From Massalongia carnosa (Eukaryota), in NCBI GenBank assembly GCA_965645245.1, contig OZ287069.1, positions 2,232,001 through 2,296,000 on the forward strand: a DNA stretch of 64,000 bases, written 5' to 3'. The translations under genes and the position numbers were made by a program. Under the pieces are notes generated by a model that saw only the letters and a list, made by a program, of their open reading frames with translations, had not been told where the DNA came from and did not search any database. Each line of letters starts with the position of its first letter. Positions within the stretch are counted from its first letter, which is position 1. Positions 27,429-38,683 of the stretch are shown here, in pieces.

Positions 27429-28262
27429 CTACTGACCAGTGTTTCCCTTCACCACCATGGCCATCGCCTGAGCAAATTGACTCCAATTGGTCGGGAATGT
27501 CCGGTAGGGATTCTGTGCCACGGTGAGATCCGTAATGAATAAGCCCGCAATAGCATCGTTGTTGATGTTCATAATTGTGTTCACATCCCTCTGCTCCGTG
27601 GCAATATTATCGGTGTACGTATGGATGATCATGGTAGTCTGCTGTGAATAAACACCTTGGCCATCCAGAGCTCCAATGTCAGCCGCATCATACTGGGCCT
27701 CGGTGCCTTCGAAAACGTTGATGTAATCTGCGCTAGTCCAGTAGGCATTGTCATCCACTTTAGCTCCCGTGTTGTAGAGAACGGTTTTCCCGCCATGAGT
27801 TAGTGTCGTTCGGGTGTAATTCGCAATCGATTTCATATATGAGATCTTTGATGCTGACGCTACTGTTGGGGCTTCGTCGAAGAAAATACCATCTATATGA
27901 ATGTCGGCTCCACTAGAGGAGGAACAATGAGAGGTAGGCCAGTTTTGATAGATCGAAATGTTTTTCTGAAGAGCAGCAAGGGACTGGGTGCCTGGACAGA
28001 TATCATGGCCAGTACCACAGTTGTACTGTGACGCTGTGTGAACGTAGCCAAGGGTTTTTATATTAGGGTAAGAGTGTAAGGTTGTCAGGGCGGAAACCGT
28101 TGAGGTGTCAGGGCAAGGACCGGACCCTGGCCCACTGTCAGGATTGATAACAGCCAGGAAATTCAGCGCGGCGTTGGCTCTGGCGGCGGTGAAGAGCGGA
28201 TCCCAGGCATTGGGAAAGGGATAGATGTATAGCGGAAAGAGAATGAAGCCGGGGTTTACCAT
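27429..28262 (-). CDS. Spherulin-4 / glycoside hydrolase family 135 (Sph3-like) protein
   Basis: Motifs PLYIYP, FLAVINPDSGPG, TLGYVHT, IDGIFFDE, VLYNTG, INVFE, LFITD and NPY..FPTNW in a 277-aa intronless ORF. Confidence 0.9.
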   Translation of the reverse strand: MVNPGFILFPLYIYPFPNAWDPLFTAARANAALNFLAVINPDSGPGSGPCPDTSTVSALTTLHSYPNIKTLGYVHTASQYNCGTGHDICPGTQSLAALQKNISIYQNWPTSHCSSSSGADIHIDGIFFDEAPTVASASKISYMKSIANYTRTTLTHGGKTVLYNTGAKVDDNAYWTSADYINVFEGTEAQYDAADIGALDGQGVYSQQTTMIIHTYTDNIATEQRDVNTIMNINNDAIAGLFITDLTVAQNPYRTFPTNWSQFAQAMAMVVKGNTGQ

Positions 28263-28438
28263 ATTTTGATTGTTCGGAAAGTATGTGATCAGTTTTTCTT
28301 ATTTGGAGTATGGAGCATGAAAAGTGGAGGAACCAAGGCACTGGGGTTATCCAAGATAGATGGAAAGAATGAGACTTAAAATTTTCCTTGCCAATCCAAG
28401 GTTAAGTACGGCGCGGGTGATGGTCGGCGAATACTGTA

Positions 28439-30312
28439 CGGAGGCGAATCTCAAAAGTAATGATAATACGCTAAAGACTAGCGCCGTAATTTAGATTTTC
28501 CATACCGAGCCTGAAATTCTACCAACTATCTACAAATGACATTACCAACCATCTAATCAACGTCTTTTTGGTCTGAAACTGGCTGCAGTACGAATAACCT
28601 TCTGAATGCGTGGGGGAAGGTGATTTTTCGGAGATAAAACGGCTCTTTTTCTCAATAAGGGGGGTGTCAATGGCTTCTGTGTAAGGGGCTCAGGGGTAAC
28701 TGCCCTGACATTCAACGGGCTGGGTGTATCATCATTTGATTGTCTGGATGATGGTCTCGTTGACGCCACAGAAGAAGAAGAAGAAGAAGAAGAAGAAGAA
28801 GCTGGTTTTGCTGTATTACTGAGCAATTCTTCCCTCAGCTGTTGAAGTCGCATTTTTCCTTCTTTGGTCCGTCCATCAACGTCCAAACGTCCTTCGCAGT
28901 ACTCATTTCCACCTTCCAATTCAATGACTTTTGCAATGTGACGTGGAATTCTTTCAATCCATGCCTGAATATTCTCCTGAGGTAGATCGTCCCAAGTGCG
29001 ATGCCACATAGATTCAGCAATTAACCGAGAACTAGGAGGACCTTTGGCAGTTGTACGTCGCTTCATCCAGGGCCAGCAGGGTTCAATCATGTTGAGATCA
29101 GGAGAATTTCCGGGCCATAAAAGACGCTCGATGCCATGACGAGAGAAGATGGGAATCTGATGCTTGGAAGCATGAGACGGAGCCTTATCTTCCTGTACGA
29201 TCATTTCAGACAATCCGGCTTCTCTTCTTTTTGCATTGCATTGCTGAGCAAAAGGAATCAGTTTTGGCAGAAGTATGACGTTTTGATACCGCCACCAATC
29301 AATGCCTCCTTTACCTTCTTTTCTGATCATCTTTCCATGTTCCTCATCCCATTTCCATTGCGGCTTTTTTCCTGGTAAATTGCGAGTTGAAAGACGTCTC
29401 ATTCCATTGGTCAGCTCCCAATTTAATCTCTCACTGGCTTCCAATGCAGCATTCATCTCGTCAAGCTTGGTTTTGGCTTCCGCTTTTTCCGCTTTTGTCT
29501 CCGGTTTCCAGCAATGACATGGCCCCTTCCAATCGTAGGAAAAGCATCCCCAAAACATGAATTCATGAGCCCCATGCCACCTGGCACGTACGGTGGATTT
29601 GACTGGTCTTCTTCCTTCCTTGGTTGTACGCCAAATTTTGACAGCTCCGCGACGGTGACCAAGCACTATTGCTGTTTCATCTGACCAAATAACCCGCTTC
29701 CAATCCTCCACGGTCCAGTCTTTATACAGGAGACAAAAAGCCAGTCTAGCCGCTTTCATTTCAGGAGTAAGCCCTGGTCTATACGACGGTTTGACTTTTT
29801 TATAGCCTCTTTGTTTCAGGATTCTCCACACGGTGCATCTGGACAGTCCAAATTCTCTTGCCAACTGGGCACTGGTTTTTTCACGGGCGTATCTGTCTTT
29901 TATGACTAGATCAATGACTTCATCTTCTTTCTCAGTAGTAGCCTTTCTCGGTCGACCAGATTTTTCTTCATGACGGGCGTATTTATCAAGCACCTGCAAA
30001 GAAATGGCGGGATCAAATCCTCGATCCCTGGCAATGCGACGAATACGATAAATGTTGGGGACAGAATAACCTGTAGTAGCTGCAATAAATTCAATTGAGG
30101 CCGGGGTGCAATAAGACAACGTCAAGACCTGAGCCCGCAAAGAAATATCAGCTGATTTATTGACCGTGATGATGATTTGATCAAATGTTGGTTCGTAAAT
30201 GATTTGGGATGAGAAAAGGGGAAAGAAAAGGGGAAAATTTGCTCGGTACGGAAAATTTAAATTACGGCACTAGCTTTTAGCGTGTTATCATTACTTTTGA
30301 GATTCGCCTCTG
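28439..30312 (-). mobile_element. Tc1/mariner DNA transposon 1 (72-bp TIRs, TA target duplication)
   Basis: TIRs at 28439-28510 (CGGAGGCGAATCTCAAAAGTAATGATAA..) and 30241-30312 (reverse complement CAGAGGCGAATCTCAAAAGTAATGATAA..) with about 7 transition mismatches. TA at 28437-28438 and 30313-30314. Confidence 0.95.
28557..30167 (-). CDS. Tc1-like DD34E transposase with internal insertion and C-terminal tail; start codon ACG
   Basis: Uninterrupted frame with HTH, SGRPRK, VIWSDE, VQED-x34-E (WPGNSPDLNMIE). No in-frame ATG upstream of the HTH; ACG at 30167. Confidence 0.8.
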   Translation of the reverse strand, partial: TVNKSADISLRAQVLTLSYCTPASIEFIAATTGYSVPNIYRIRRIARDRGFDPAISLQVLDKYARHEEKSGRPRKATTEKEDEVIDLVIKDRYAREKTSAQLAREFGLSRCTVWRILKQRGYKKVKPSYRPGLTPEMKAARLAFCLLYKDWTVEDWKRVIWSDETAIVLGHRRGAVKIWRTTKEGRRPVKSTVRARWHGAHEFMFWGCFSYDWKGPCHCWKPETKAEKAEAKTKLDEMNAALEASERLNWELTNGMRRLSTRNLPGKKPQWKWDEEHGKMIRKEGKGGIDWWRYQNVILLPKLIPFAQQCNAKRREAGLSEMIVQEDKAPSHASKHQIPIFSRHGIERLLWPGNSPDLNMIEPCWPWMKRRTTAKGPPSSRLIAESMWHRTWDDLPQENIQAWIERIPRHIAKVIELEGGNEYCEGRLDVDGRTKEGKMRLQQLREELLSNTAKPASSSSSSSSSSVASTRPSSRQSNDDTPSPLNVRAVTPEPLTQKPLTPPLLRKRAVLSPKNHLPPRIQKVIRTAASFRPKRR

Positions 30313-30374
30313 TAGTACTAAATGACTTGTTTATTAGCGGGTAAGCTGTGCGAGCGGCATAAGCGAAGGCTGAC

Positions 30375-30732
30375 GATCGAGCTGAGGATCGAGCTGAGGA
30401 TCGAGCTGCAAGCCTTCCTCCAGACCGGCAGATCTCGCTAATCTCATATAAGAGGCCTTGAAAGCGGGTGCCGAAAAGAGATGAAATCTCGTATAAGAGG
30501 TCTTAGAAGCGGATATCCAAAGAGATGAGTTGCATGAGAAATGCAAGCCTTCCTTCAGGTCGACAGATCTCGCTGATTTCATATAAAAAATCTTAAAAGC
30601 GGATGTCGAAGAAAATGGGTTGCATGAGAGTTGTAAGCCTTCCTTGAGATCTCCAGATCTCGCTAATCTCATATAAGAGGTCTTAGAAGCGGGTGCCGGA
30701 AGAGCTTCGAAATCTCGCAGCTCTCATGCAAC
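30375..30732. repeat. Degenerate tandem repeats (12-bp x3, then about 3.5 units of 90 bp)
   Basis: GATCGAGCTGAG x3 from 30375. The anchor GATCTCGCT(A/G)AT(C/T)TCATATAA recurs at 30431, 30566 and 30656 (spacings 135 and 90). Confidence 0.85.
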
Positions 30733-31418
30733 TTATCTCTTCCGGCATCAATACCATGACCTAAGGGTAAAATAAGAGTAGAACAGCTCCATCATAAGTT
30801 ACATCATATCATTTAATAGAAGTAGCCGACAAATGAAATCTACAGTTTCTTGAGAAACGATTGCAGACCGGATCGATGAGGTGAGAAAGAAAGAACCATC
30901 CGAGAACTGCCGGTATCATATTTTGCTGTGCCACTGAAAATCCAGTGAAAGACAAGATAACCGCTTAATGGAGGAAATTGCCCCGGTTCCGCCTTGGATG
31001 CTCCTGCAAGAAAGGCCCAAGGACAAATTTCTTAGCTCCCTACAACGGCTAGCGATGAAAAGGCTGCTTGTACTCTGTAATGAGCGCATGACTGATATGC
31101 GGTGCGTTTAGTGAAATCGGAGCGGCGAAACCTCACAGGGAAACAAGATTTGATTGTCTTCCCTAAGATTAATACTTGGACAACATATCTTAAATTCTCC
31201 GTATCTGCTAGATAAAACTGCTCTGATTTTCAACGTTGATTGGGGAAGTACTTCATACCGTAAGCCATAGAGGTTGTTGTAGATTCAGATGGGTTGTTGC
31301 TGCATAGCAAGATCCAACTGCGGATGAATTTTGGGTTGCAGCCAGATTAGCTTACTAACGATGACTAACATTATCCATGTGAGCGATAATTGGTTCGATC
31401 CCTACAAAATACGGAGTA

Positions 31419-33136
31419 ATCGTGCTAAACCACTTTCGGAGTGGAAGGGCATCCCTTAGTGCTTACCATCTCAATGTCGTTTTTTTCACCATCTATCCAC
31501 CATCTTTAACATGTAAACACCCCATACCATGCCTTTTGATTCTTATTATAAACTCGAAAATCGTATTGAAGAAGCCATCGACGCGCTTCATGATGGTTGG
31601 TATAAGAATTGCACCAAGGCTGCGCGTGCATACAACGTGCCCATTCGTCAACTTCAAAGACGATGGAATGGGTCCAATTCGAAAAGCACCCGCTAGGCCA
31701 AAGATGATTGTGGGGGCGGCGAATTATTTGATTCGTTCAGAGCATCGAAAGGTGGGCATTAGTGGTTCAATCGATTTCTTGAACGAAATCCACAGTACAA
31801 CAAGCGCAAACAAAAGCCCCTGGCGACGGATCGAAAAAACAGTCACAGTCTCACAGATATGCGGGATTATTTCTATAAGTTGAAGGCTGCTATTGGAGAA
31901 CAAGGGCATCACCAACGTGAACGTTTGGAACATGGATGAAACAGGCTTTCGCATTGGCTGTGGGCGGGCTCAAATGGTGATTACCATGGACCCGAAAAGC
32001 CTTTGCGAATGACGGACCCGGACAATTGTGATTATATCACGACGGTGGAGTGTATAAGTTCTGGAGGGGAGGTGATTCCCCCTTTGATCATCATTTCAGG
32101 GGTGCAGATTTTGCATAAATGGTGTCAGGAAAATGATCTACATGATGACATTCTCATTGGCACCAGCGACAGTGGTTATTCCAATGATGATTTAGCTATG
32201 GACTGGTTGAATCACTTCATCGAGCATATGAGTAGCAAAAGGCAAGGTGCATGGCTACTTTTAATCATTGACGGTTTTGGATCGCATATGACCATCCCAT
32301 TTTTTGAACTAGCCACTGCCAACAACATCGTTTTGTTTCGATTACCAGCTCATTCCACTCACCTCACCCAGCCATTGGACGTAGGTGTTTTTCAACCGTT
32401 CAAACACTATCACACCGAGGCAATAGATCGGGCTGTCCGGTTGGGGGACTGTCAGTTTGGTAAGCTGGAATTTCTCGCTGCATTCCAGGGCTTCCGAAAT
32501 GAAACGTTCAAACCATCCACCATCCGTCATGCGTTCAAATCAACCGGAATCGTACCGTTTGACCCAAACGTTGTCCTGGACAAAATTCGAGAAAAGGAGG
32601 CACGATTGAGGGAGTCAGTCATTCGAACTCCCTCCCCCCCCCCCCTTCCATTGAATCAACGCACACCCCATGGGCCCGAATCGGTTGTTCGGTACGGTCG
32701 AAAGCTTCAGAGAGCCATTGCCAAAGCGGGACCCAATGATAAACTGGAGGTTCAACAGGTTGAACGGTTCGTTCGCGGTTCGGTGGCATCCGCTCATGCT
32801 CTGGATTTGACCACTCGAGACCTTCATGCCATGCAGGAAGCAGCTTCATCACGTCAGAAACGAGCCGTTCTTGGTGGAAAGGTGGCTTCTCAGGGTGGAA
32901 TTATCAAGGTAAGTCAGTGTAGGGAGCTTTGTTCAAAAAGAAAGTAGAAGGAGGAGGAAAAGGCGAAACGGAAGAAGGCTAGGGTGGAGAAAGCGACTGA
33001 GAAAAAAAATATTCTCAGCTGAATCAAATAGCCTCTCTCATCAACGACACACCTTTGGTAGATTAGTCAATTCCCTACGTATCAAAATTGAAACATTCAC
33101 AATCGGGGTTGTTTTGATGATGTGGTGAATTGTTTG
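31419..33136 (+). mobile_element. pogo/Fot1-type DNA transposon relic (frameshifted DDE_1 transposase)
   Basis: ATG 31529 MPFDSYYKLENRIEEAIDAL..AARAYNVP (psq-type HTH) ends at a stop near 31694. Fragments WFNRFLERNP, VWNMDETGFRIG, LIIDGFGSH and LPAHSTHLTQPLDVGVF lie in different frames. No right TIR found, so boundaries are approximate. Confidence 0.88.
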
Positions 33137-34490
33137 GTGGCACGCGGGTGAAAAAAAAAGGGCAAGGTGAGCCGAAACTCCCCCACCAAAACTTACCCCT
33201 TTTCTTCCCCTTTTTCTTCCCCATCTTCTTCCTCATTCAACATTTCAAATGCCATCCCACTACGATACACCTCAAAAGGCCAAAGTGCAGGGAGCTTATG
33301 AATTTCTTCTTGCAAAAGGCATTTCCATCGATCCTCGAGAGATTTTTCAGCATTTTGGCATTCGAAGCGAGAGACAGGGCTATAAAATTATTCGAAACGG
33401 AGCATCTTCTAGAAGAAGACATCATTCAACGCTCGTTGAAATACGCGGTCGCAAATCAAAAGTCACGGAAGCACAAATACAGGAGGTAGATCACATTCTA
33501 CAAGATGAGGGGCTACAGTTGGAAGGAAAACGATACACATGGGAACAATTGGCTATGGAGATTGGGGCCGACGTTGTCGGTCGTACAATGCACAATGTTA
33601 TGTCGGCTGCTCTAAACTATGAGAAATGTCTGGCCTGCGTCAAGGGATGGCTGGCCGACCCACCTATGGAAAGACGGGTCGAATTTGCTCACATGATGCT
33701 GACCAGATATCCCAAACCGGAGCAATGGGATCGCGTACGATTTAGTGATGAGATTCATTTTGGATATGGCCCGGAAGGACAGTTACGAATCATTCGTCAG
33801 CCCGGAACACGATATCGTTGGGATTGCATACAGCATCGTGACCCGCCTCCTGAGAAAGATCGAAAACGAAAACATTGCTGGGCTGCAATTGGCTACAATT
33901 TCAAGTCGGATATTATCTTTTATGACGTGCCGGGCAACAGCAATGGTAAAATGACTCATCAGGTGTATATTGAATCCGTTCTTGACCCCGTCGTCAAGCC
34001 CTGGCTGGAGCGTGGGGATGACTTCGTACTTGAAGAAGATGGAGACTCTGGTCATGGCACGGGCAAGACAAGAAATGCCGTCAAGAAATGGAAGGAAGAT
34101 CATCATTTAGAGCATTATTTCAATTGTGCCTCATCACCTGATTTGTCCCCTATAGAAAATTGCTGGCAGCCAGCGAAGCAGCATGTTCGAAAGTATCCTC
34201 ATTGGGACGATGTCAGCTTGAAGCAGCTGATTAGGGATGGATGGGAACGGGTGACGCAGGATTTCATCAATGAAAGAGTTCGATCAATGCCCAAACGATT
34301 GGAAGAGGTAATTAGGGCTGAGGGGGCGATGACTGGCTATTGAATAGAATGTATGTAGAATTTCAATGGTCATACGAATTGAAATGTTGAATGGGGAAGA
34401 AGATGGGGAAGAAAAAAGGGAAGAAAAGGGTAAGTTTTGGTGGGGGAATTTCGGCTCACCTTGCTCTTTTTTTTTTCACCCGCGTGCCAC
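33137..34490 (+). mobile_element. Tc1/mariner DNA transposon 2 (about 112-bp TIRs)
   Basis: Inverted repeats at 33137-33248 and 34379-34490 (GTGGCACGCGGGTGAAAAAAAAA..CATTCAACATTTCAA) enclose the transposase ORF. Confidence 0.93.
33249..34343 (+). CDS. Tc1-like transposase, DD38E spacing, intact
   Basis: 364-aa ORF with VRFSDE, LEEDGDSGHG, SSPDLSPIENCW and SMPKRLEEVIRAEGAMTGY. Confidence 0.92.
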   Translation: MPSHYDTPQKAKVQGAYEFLLAKGISIDPREIFQHFGIRSERQGYKIIRNGASSRRRHHSTLVEIRGRKSKVTEAQIQEVDHILQDEGLQLEGKRYTWEQLAMEIGADVVGRTMHNVMSAALNYEKCLACVKGWLADPPMERRVEFAHMMLTRYPKPEQWDRVRFSDEIHFGYGPEGQLRIIRQPGTRYRWDCIQHRDPPPEKDRKRKHCWAAIGYNFKSDIIFYDVPGNSNGKMTHQVYIESVLDPVVKPWLERGDDFVLEEDGDSGHGTGKTRNAVKKWKEDHHLEHYFNCASSPDLSPIENCWQPAKQHVRKYPHWDDVSLKQLIRDGWERVTQDFINERVRSMPKRLEEVIRAEGAMTGY

Positions 34491-34729
34491 TTAAAAGGAG
34501 AAGACTGCTTCATAGCAACTCTTCATCTTATACATCAGGGTCATACACATTGTCATTTATTACATAGCCATATAGTCATAGTCATATACCTATTTCAACA
34601 CAGTGTCTGCGCGTCCTTCGCTTTTCTCCTCCTATCGTATTAGCCACACCATATTTACATGGATCGAATAAAAGTACTTCGACGGTCACAAAGGCGATAC
34701 CTTCGTCCCAGTTTCCTCAGACCTTATAT

Positions 34730-37380
34730 TTGAATTCCTCAAAGCCTTCTCGCACCACCTGTCTGGACCCTATATGGGGCGAATGGGAATCAGTGAAAGA
34801 GTTTGATTACCATGGCAAGGATGGGACTAGATATGATGGCTCCGTATACTATTATGGGTGCAAATCACGCACTTTTGGAAGCCAAAACGCGACCATTGGA
34901 AACTGCATCGATGTCCCTTCAAACGCTCTCCAGGAATGTTGTCATGATTACTCGCTTTATTATCAACACGCGCACGCAACTCGTATCGTCACAACTTATA
35001 CTTGTGCTTCTCCCCTGACAGAAGTTCAGTATTACACGCGTCAAAAGCCGTCTTCTATCGTTTTTCCACAAACCTGTCTCTGGCAGACTCGCTATTTTGT
35101 TGATTCCCCTTTCACAGGTATCAAGGAATTTCTTAAAGAGCCTTGCAGTATTGAGGCCGGCCTTGTGCAGCTGGCCTATTTCCAAACTCCAAATTCTAAA
35201 ATATCCAATATGACAAAGTCCTCGCTGTATGCATCTACTATAGTTTCTGGAGATTATACTTTGTAAGCCGTGCATTGGATTCGAAATTTTGCTGACGTTG
35301 AGCAATAGTTCCTCCTCTTCTGCGTACATCATCTTTGATTCCATCTGGGCCACTTCGTAGAACCGGGCTGGACCGGCCTCAACCATAGGAAAACTCTACA
35401 CCAACCACACTATGGCATTTCAGCCCGATGAGATATCCACCCAGCTGTGTTTAACATCATCCATCGATATCAGCCATTTTGATATTAATAAACTCGTTGT
35501 TCCCTCTACGCAAGCCAATTTCCAAGACTTGAATACTCCTGTACCTTGGAGCGTCATATCACAACAACCTGACTGCTTCATGTACAGATACGTTTCCCAT
35601 GATTCTTCGCAGTTTAACTACAACTATACTATGCGCCCAAATCTCAAGTTCCCGACTGCAGTGACGAAAATCGATCCTGCCGGGGCCACCTATCCTCCAC
35701 TCACCTTTTGGTGCGGAAGATCCCCCGTATGTACTTCAAAAGGTTATATTGGCTTCCGTCGTACCTTACAGCCAGTCTGACATTAGAACCTCAGCTGTTC
35801 CTGCCATAAAGTCTGTAAAATCTCCTGCCGAGTCTCCTCTTGACAAGGTTAATGGAGATTTGGCTGAGGAGACTAACGGCTTAGGAGGTAAGCAAAAAGT
35901 CCTTGAGACTTCACAGAATCCTCAGTCTGACGGTGTACGAAATGGCAATGGAGTTGTGAATGGTGAGGGTAAAAACCCAGGAAACAAACACGATCTTATC
36001 CCTGGCATCGTGGATAGCTCTGATGGAGAAACCTATAATCCAGAACCCAATAGCTCTACTACTGAGGGGGATCCTATACTGGACGGTGGAAATCCAGGGG
36101 ATGAAAGCTACTCAGGCCATGGTAGGGCTGGCTCGGGAAACAACGGTAGAACTTCAAATCTAAGAGATCATGAAACTAAGCATAGTGAGGGTTGGATCAA
36201 CCCGCAGACCACAAAAGATGATGCTATCGCGGATTCTCTACTTTACTACAGTAGCCTGGCAAGCAGAGCTACTTCTATAAAAGCCACCATTGCCGGAGCC
36301 TCGGCCATTTCTCTTGGCGTAGTGTTACCAACGGGAGCCGTAAACGAAGCCTCCAGTATGTCACCTTTGACGCACTTAACAACGGATGCGCTCTTACTTT
36401 TTCTAGGAAAAGACATCAGAAGCGTCACGAATACTGAATATACCATAACCGGGGATAGCCCCAACGTACGTATAACTATACCTCCACTCCCTGATAAAAT
36501 CTCCACCTGGCTTCAAAACCATGCCAGCTCCCTTACCCGCAATAGCCCGCTCGCTTTTCCTGCAGAAACATCAGCCGTTTCCCACGAAACCGCTGATCAC
36601 GAATCCAAAACCGCTCCTATGACTGAAATCATGGCCCTCACCGCCAGCCAAAACCCAATCCCTATCGCTACGCTTTACAACAATATCATATGCCTGCTCC
36701 CTAGTCAATCTGCTCTCATCATCGACGGACGCACTTTGGCGGTTCCTACCGCAAAATCGTCTCTGCATCCGACCCCTAACTTTCCAGCTCCAAGCACGGA
36801 TACCATCCCCCTAAGTAAAAGCCCCAGCCCAACCCCAAGCCGAACCGTTACCGATCCAGTTCCTACCGCTACAATCTCAGATTAAGTCATAGTTCTCCTT
36901 CCCAACGCATCCGGCATAATAATCAATGGCACCACCATTACATTTGCCACCGGAACCTCGTGGGTAGACACTCGCCTCGAAACCTCGAGCCAAACCATCG
37001 CTAAGACCTCTAACGAGGACGACAGCGTAGAAATTTCTCACCATGATCTGAACAGCATCGGTAGCACCACAACCCCATCTCCCAACTTCCAGCCCCAACC
37101 ACGCATTTCGGCCCCCGATCGCACCGCTTCAACACGTGCTTCAGCGGCCAGGCTCGACACTTTGGGCCTCTCACCGGATCCACAAGTAGCGACAGGATCT
37201 GGGGCCCCTGATGCCAAACACACCGACGGGGGGAAATCGGGGTTGGGAGGAAGTGAAGGCTGGGGGGGAGAGGCAAGGAGCGGAGCGACCAGCAGGCTTG
37301 ATGGGCTATGGCCCTTTACGGCGGCGCTATTGTTGTGGATAACGGGAGTCATGGTGGTGGTGAGAGGATTGTCCTTGTAG
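34730..37380 (+). pseudogene. Disrupted gene for a Cys-containing, S/T/P-rich, probably GPI-anchored cell-surface protein
   Basis: Consecutive + strand ORFs (34730, 35412, 35749, 37162). Intron 35263-35308 is followed by an in-frame TAG near 35358, and frame changes occur near 35700 and 36880-37030. Hydrophobic C-terminus (..SGATSRLDGLWPFTAALLLWITGVMVVVRGLSL). The 5' end is unclear. Confidence 0.6.
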
Positions 37381-37904
37381 GAGTGTTCTGTAGGTGGGGG
37401 AGCGGTGATTCGCCGGGGGAAAAAAGGTGTTTCTGTGATTTTGTCCGTGTTCTCTCTCTCGCCAGCCCTCCTTGCTGGCCGTAGCAGAATCCTCAGGCAA
37501 TCGAAAAGTCTCCGTTTCCAGGTTCGTAGTCAAGCCACAGTGGAAACTTCAGGGATTCCGATCCTAAGTATGTAGTTCCCTCATGCTCCTCTTTCGTCTC
37601 TTCTTGTATTTCCCGCAACCTCCCCACTCCCCAGCCCCCGAACAGAAACTCACTTTTCATTCATCCAATCGCGAGATCCCTAGAGTTGAAGAAGACTTGC
37701 GTGAAAAGGTTATCAGGAAATCATGGGGGAAATCACCCCTTCGCTTCCTACTTCTCGTCCGCTTTCGTACCGCCACCTACTCGGGAAAACCGCCCTCGAC
37801 TCTGTTTGGCCATTATCCTGCAGGTAACATTTACAGCCGCGCTGAACTCAACCAGAGACTATATTCGTCCTAATGATAGAGGGGGAAATGGGAGTGGAAC
37901 CTAA

Positions 37905-37946
37905 AAAACGGAAAACGGAAAACGGAAAACGGAAATTGGAAATTGG
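37905..37946. repeat. Heptamer tandem repeat (AAAACGG)4(AAATTGG)2
   Basis: Read directly from the sequence. Confidence 0.9.
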
Positions 37947-38683
37947 AAAGGAAGAGTTATGAATGAAGACAGATCAGGAACGCACAATTGACGAAACAAA
38001 GAACGGAAAGAAGAGTTCTGCGAGCGGTTTTTCAGAACCCTCTTAGTGATTGACTTCTGCAACGTTTTGAAGTGTGGTTGAATAAGAAAGGCTGAGCAGA
38101 GGAGCATTCAATGGTTGAGGACATGGTCGTTGCCCGTAGCCGAATAAATTTGGCGAATCTTTGCTGCAGCCTATAAGCCAATCAGTGGGTGGATGGTTCT
38201 ATGCGTAGCAGGCTAAGTGTATAGAAGAGTGGCTGGGTGATAAGCTTATGATCTTCTGCTGAGATAGTCGTGACCACACATAATCAAGCATTGAATAAAC
38301 CGCAGGGTTGACCAATAGTGAATAGCAACAAAGCAGATATATATAGGGTTCGCATCCATTTATGTAAGTGGTTGCAACGAACCCATTTTGCTCCGTCGCC
38401 AAGTCCCCGCTGAACCTAACAATATGGTATAAAAAATTTACTCTCCATCCCCAAGACTTTATATCAACGTTCTGTAAATATGACGTTCTCCAAAGATCCC
38501 CAGGATACATAAGATCGATCATGATATTTCAATAAATCAAAAAGGAACAGTAGTGGTATATCGAATCATCCTTTATAACGCCACGATGTCGTAAATTTTG
38601 GGCTTCACCCACGATTAAGAGTTTCTGATCCAGTCTCGGTGATAAGATAATTTCGGAGGCCTCATGATGAATGCAGTTTTCAG

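Noticed and set aside
24220..30732. Ustiloxin-type RiPP cluster (tyrosinase plus repeat precursor)
   Set aside because: The repeat ORF has no signal peptide or KR cleavage sites, and no DUF3328 gene is present.
30375..30732. CRISPR-like array
   Set aside because: Eukaryotic context, and the units are contiguous degenerate repeats without unique spacers.
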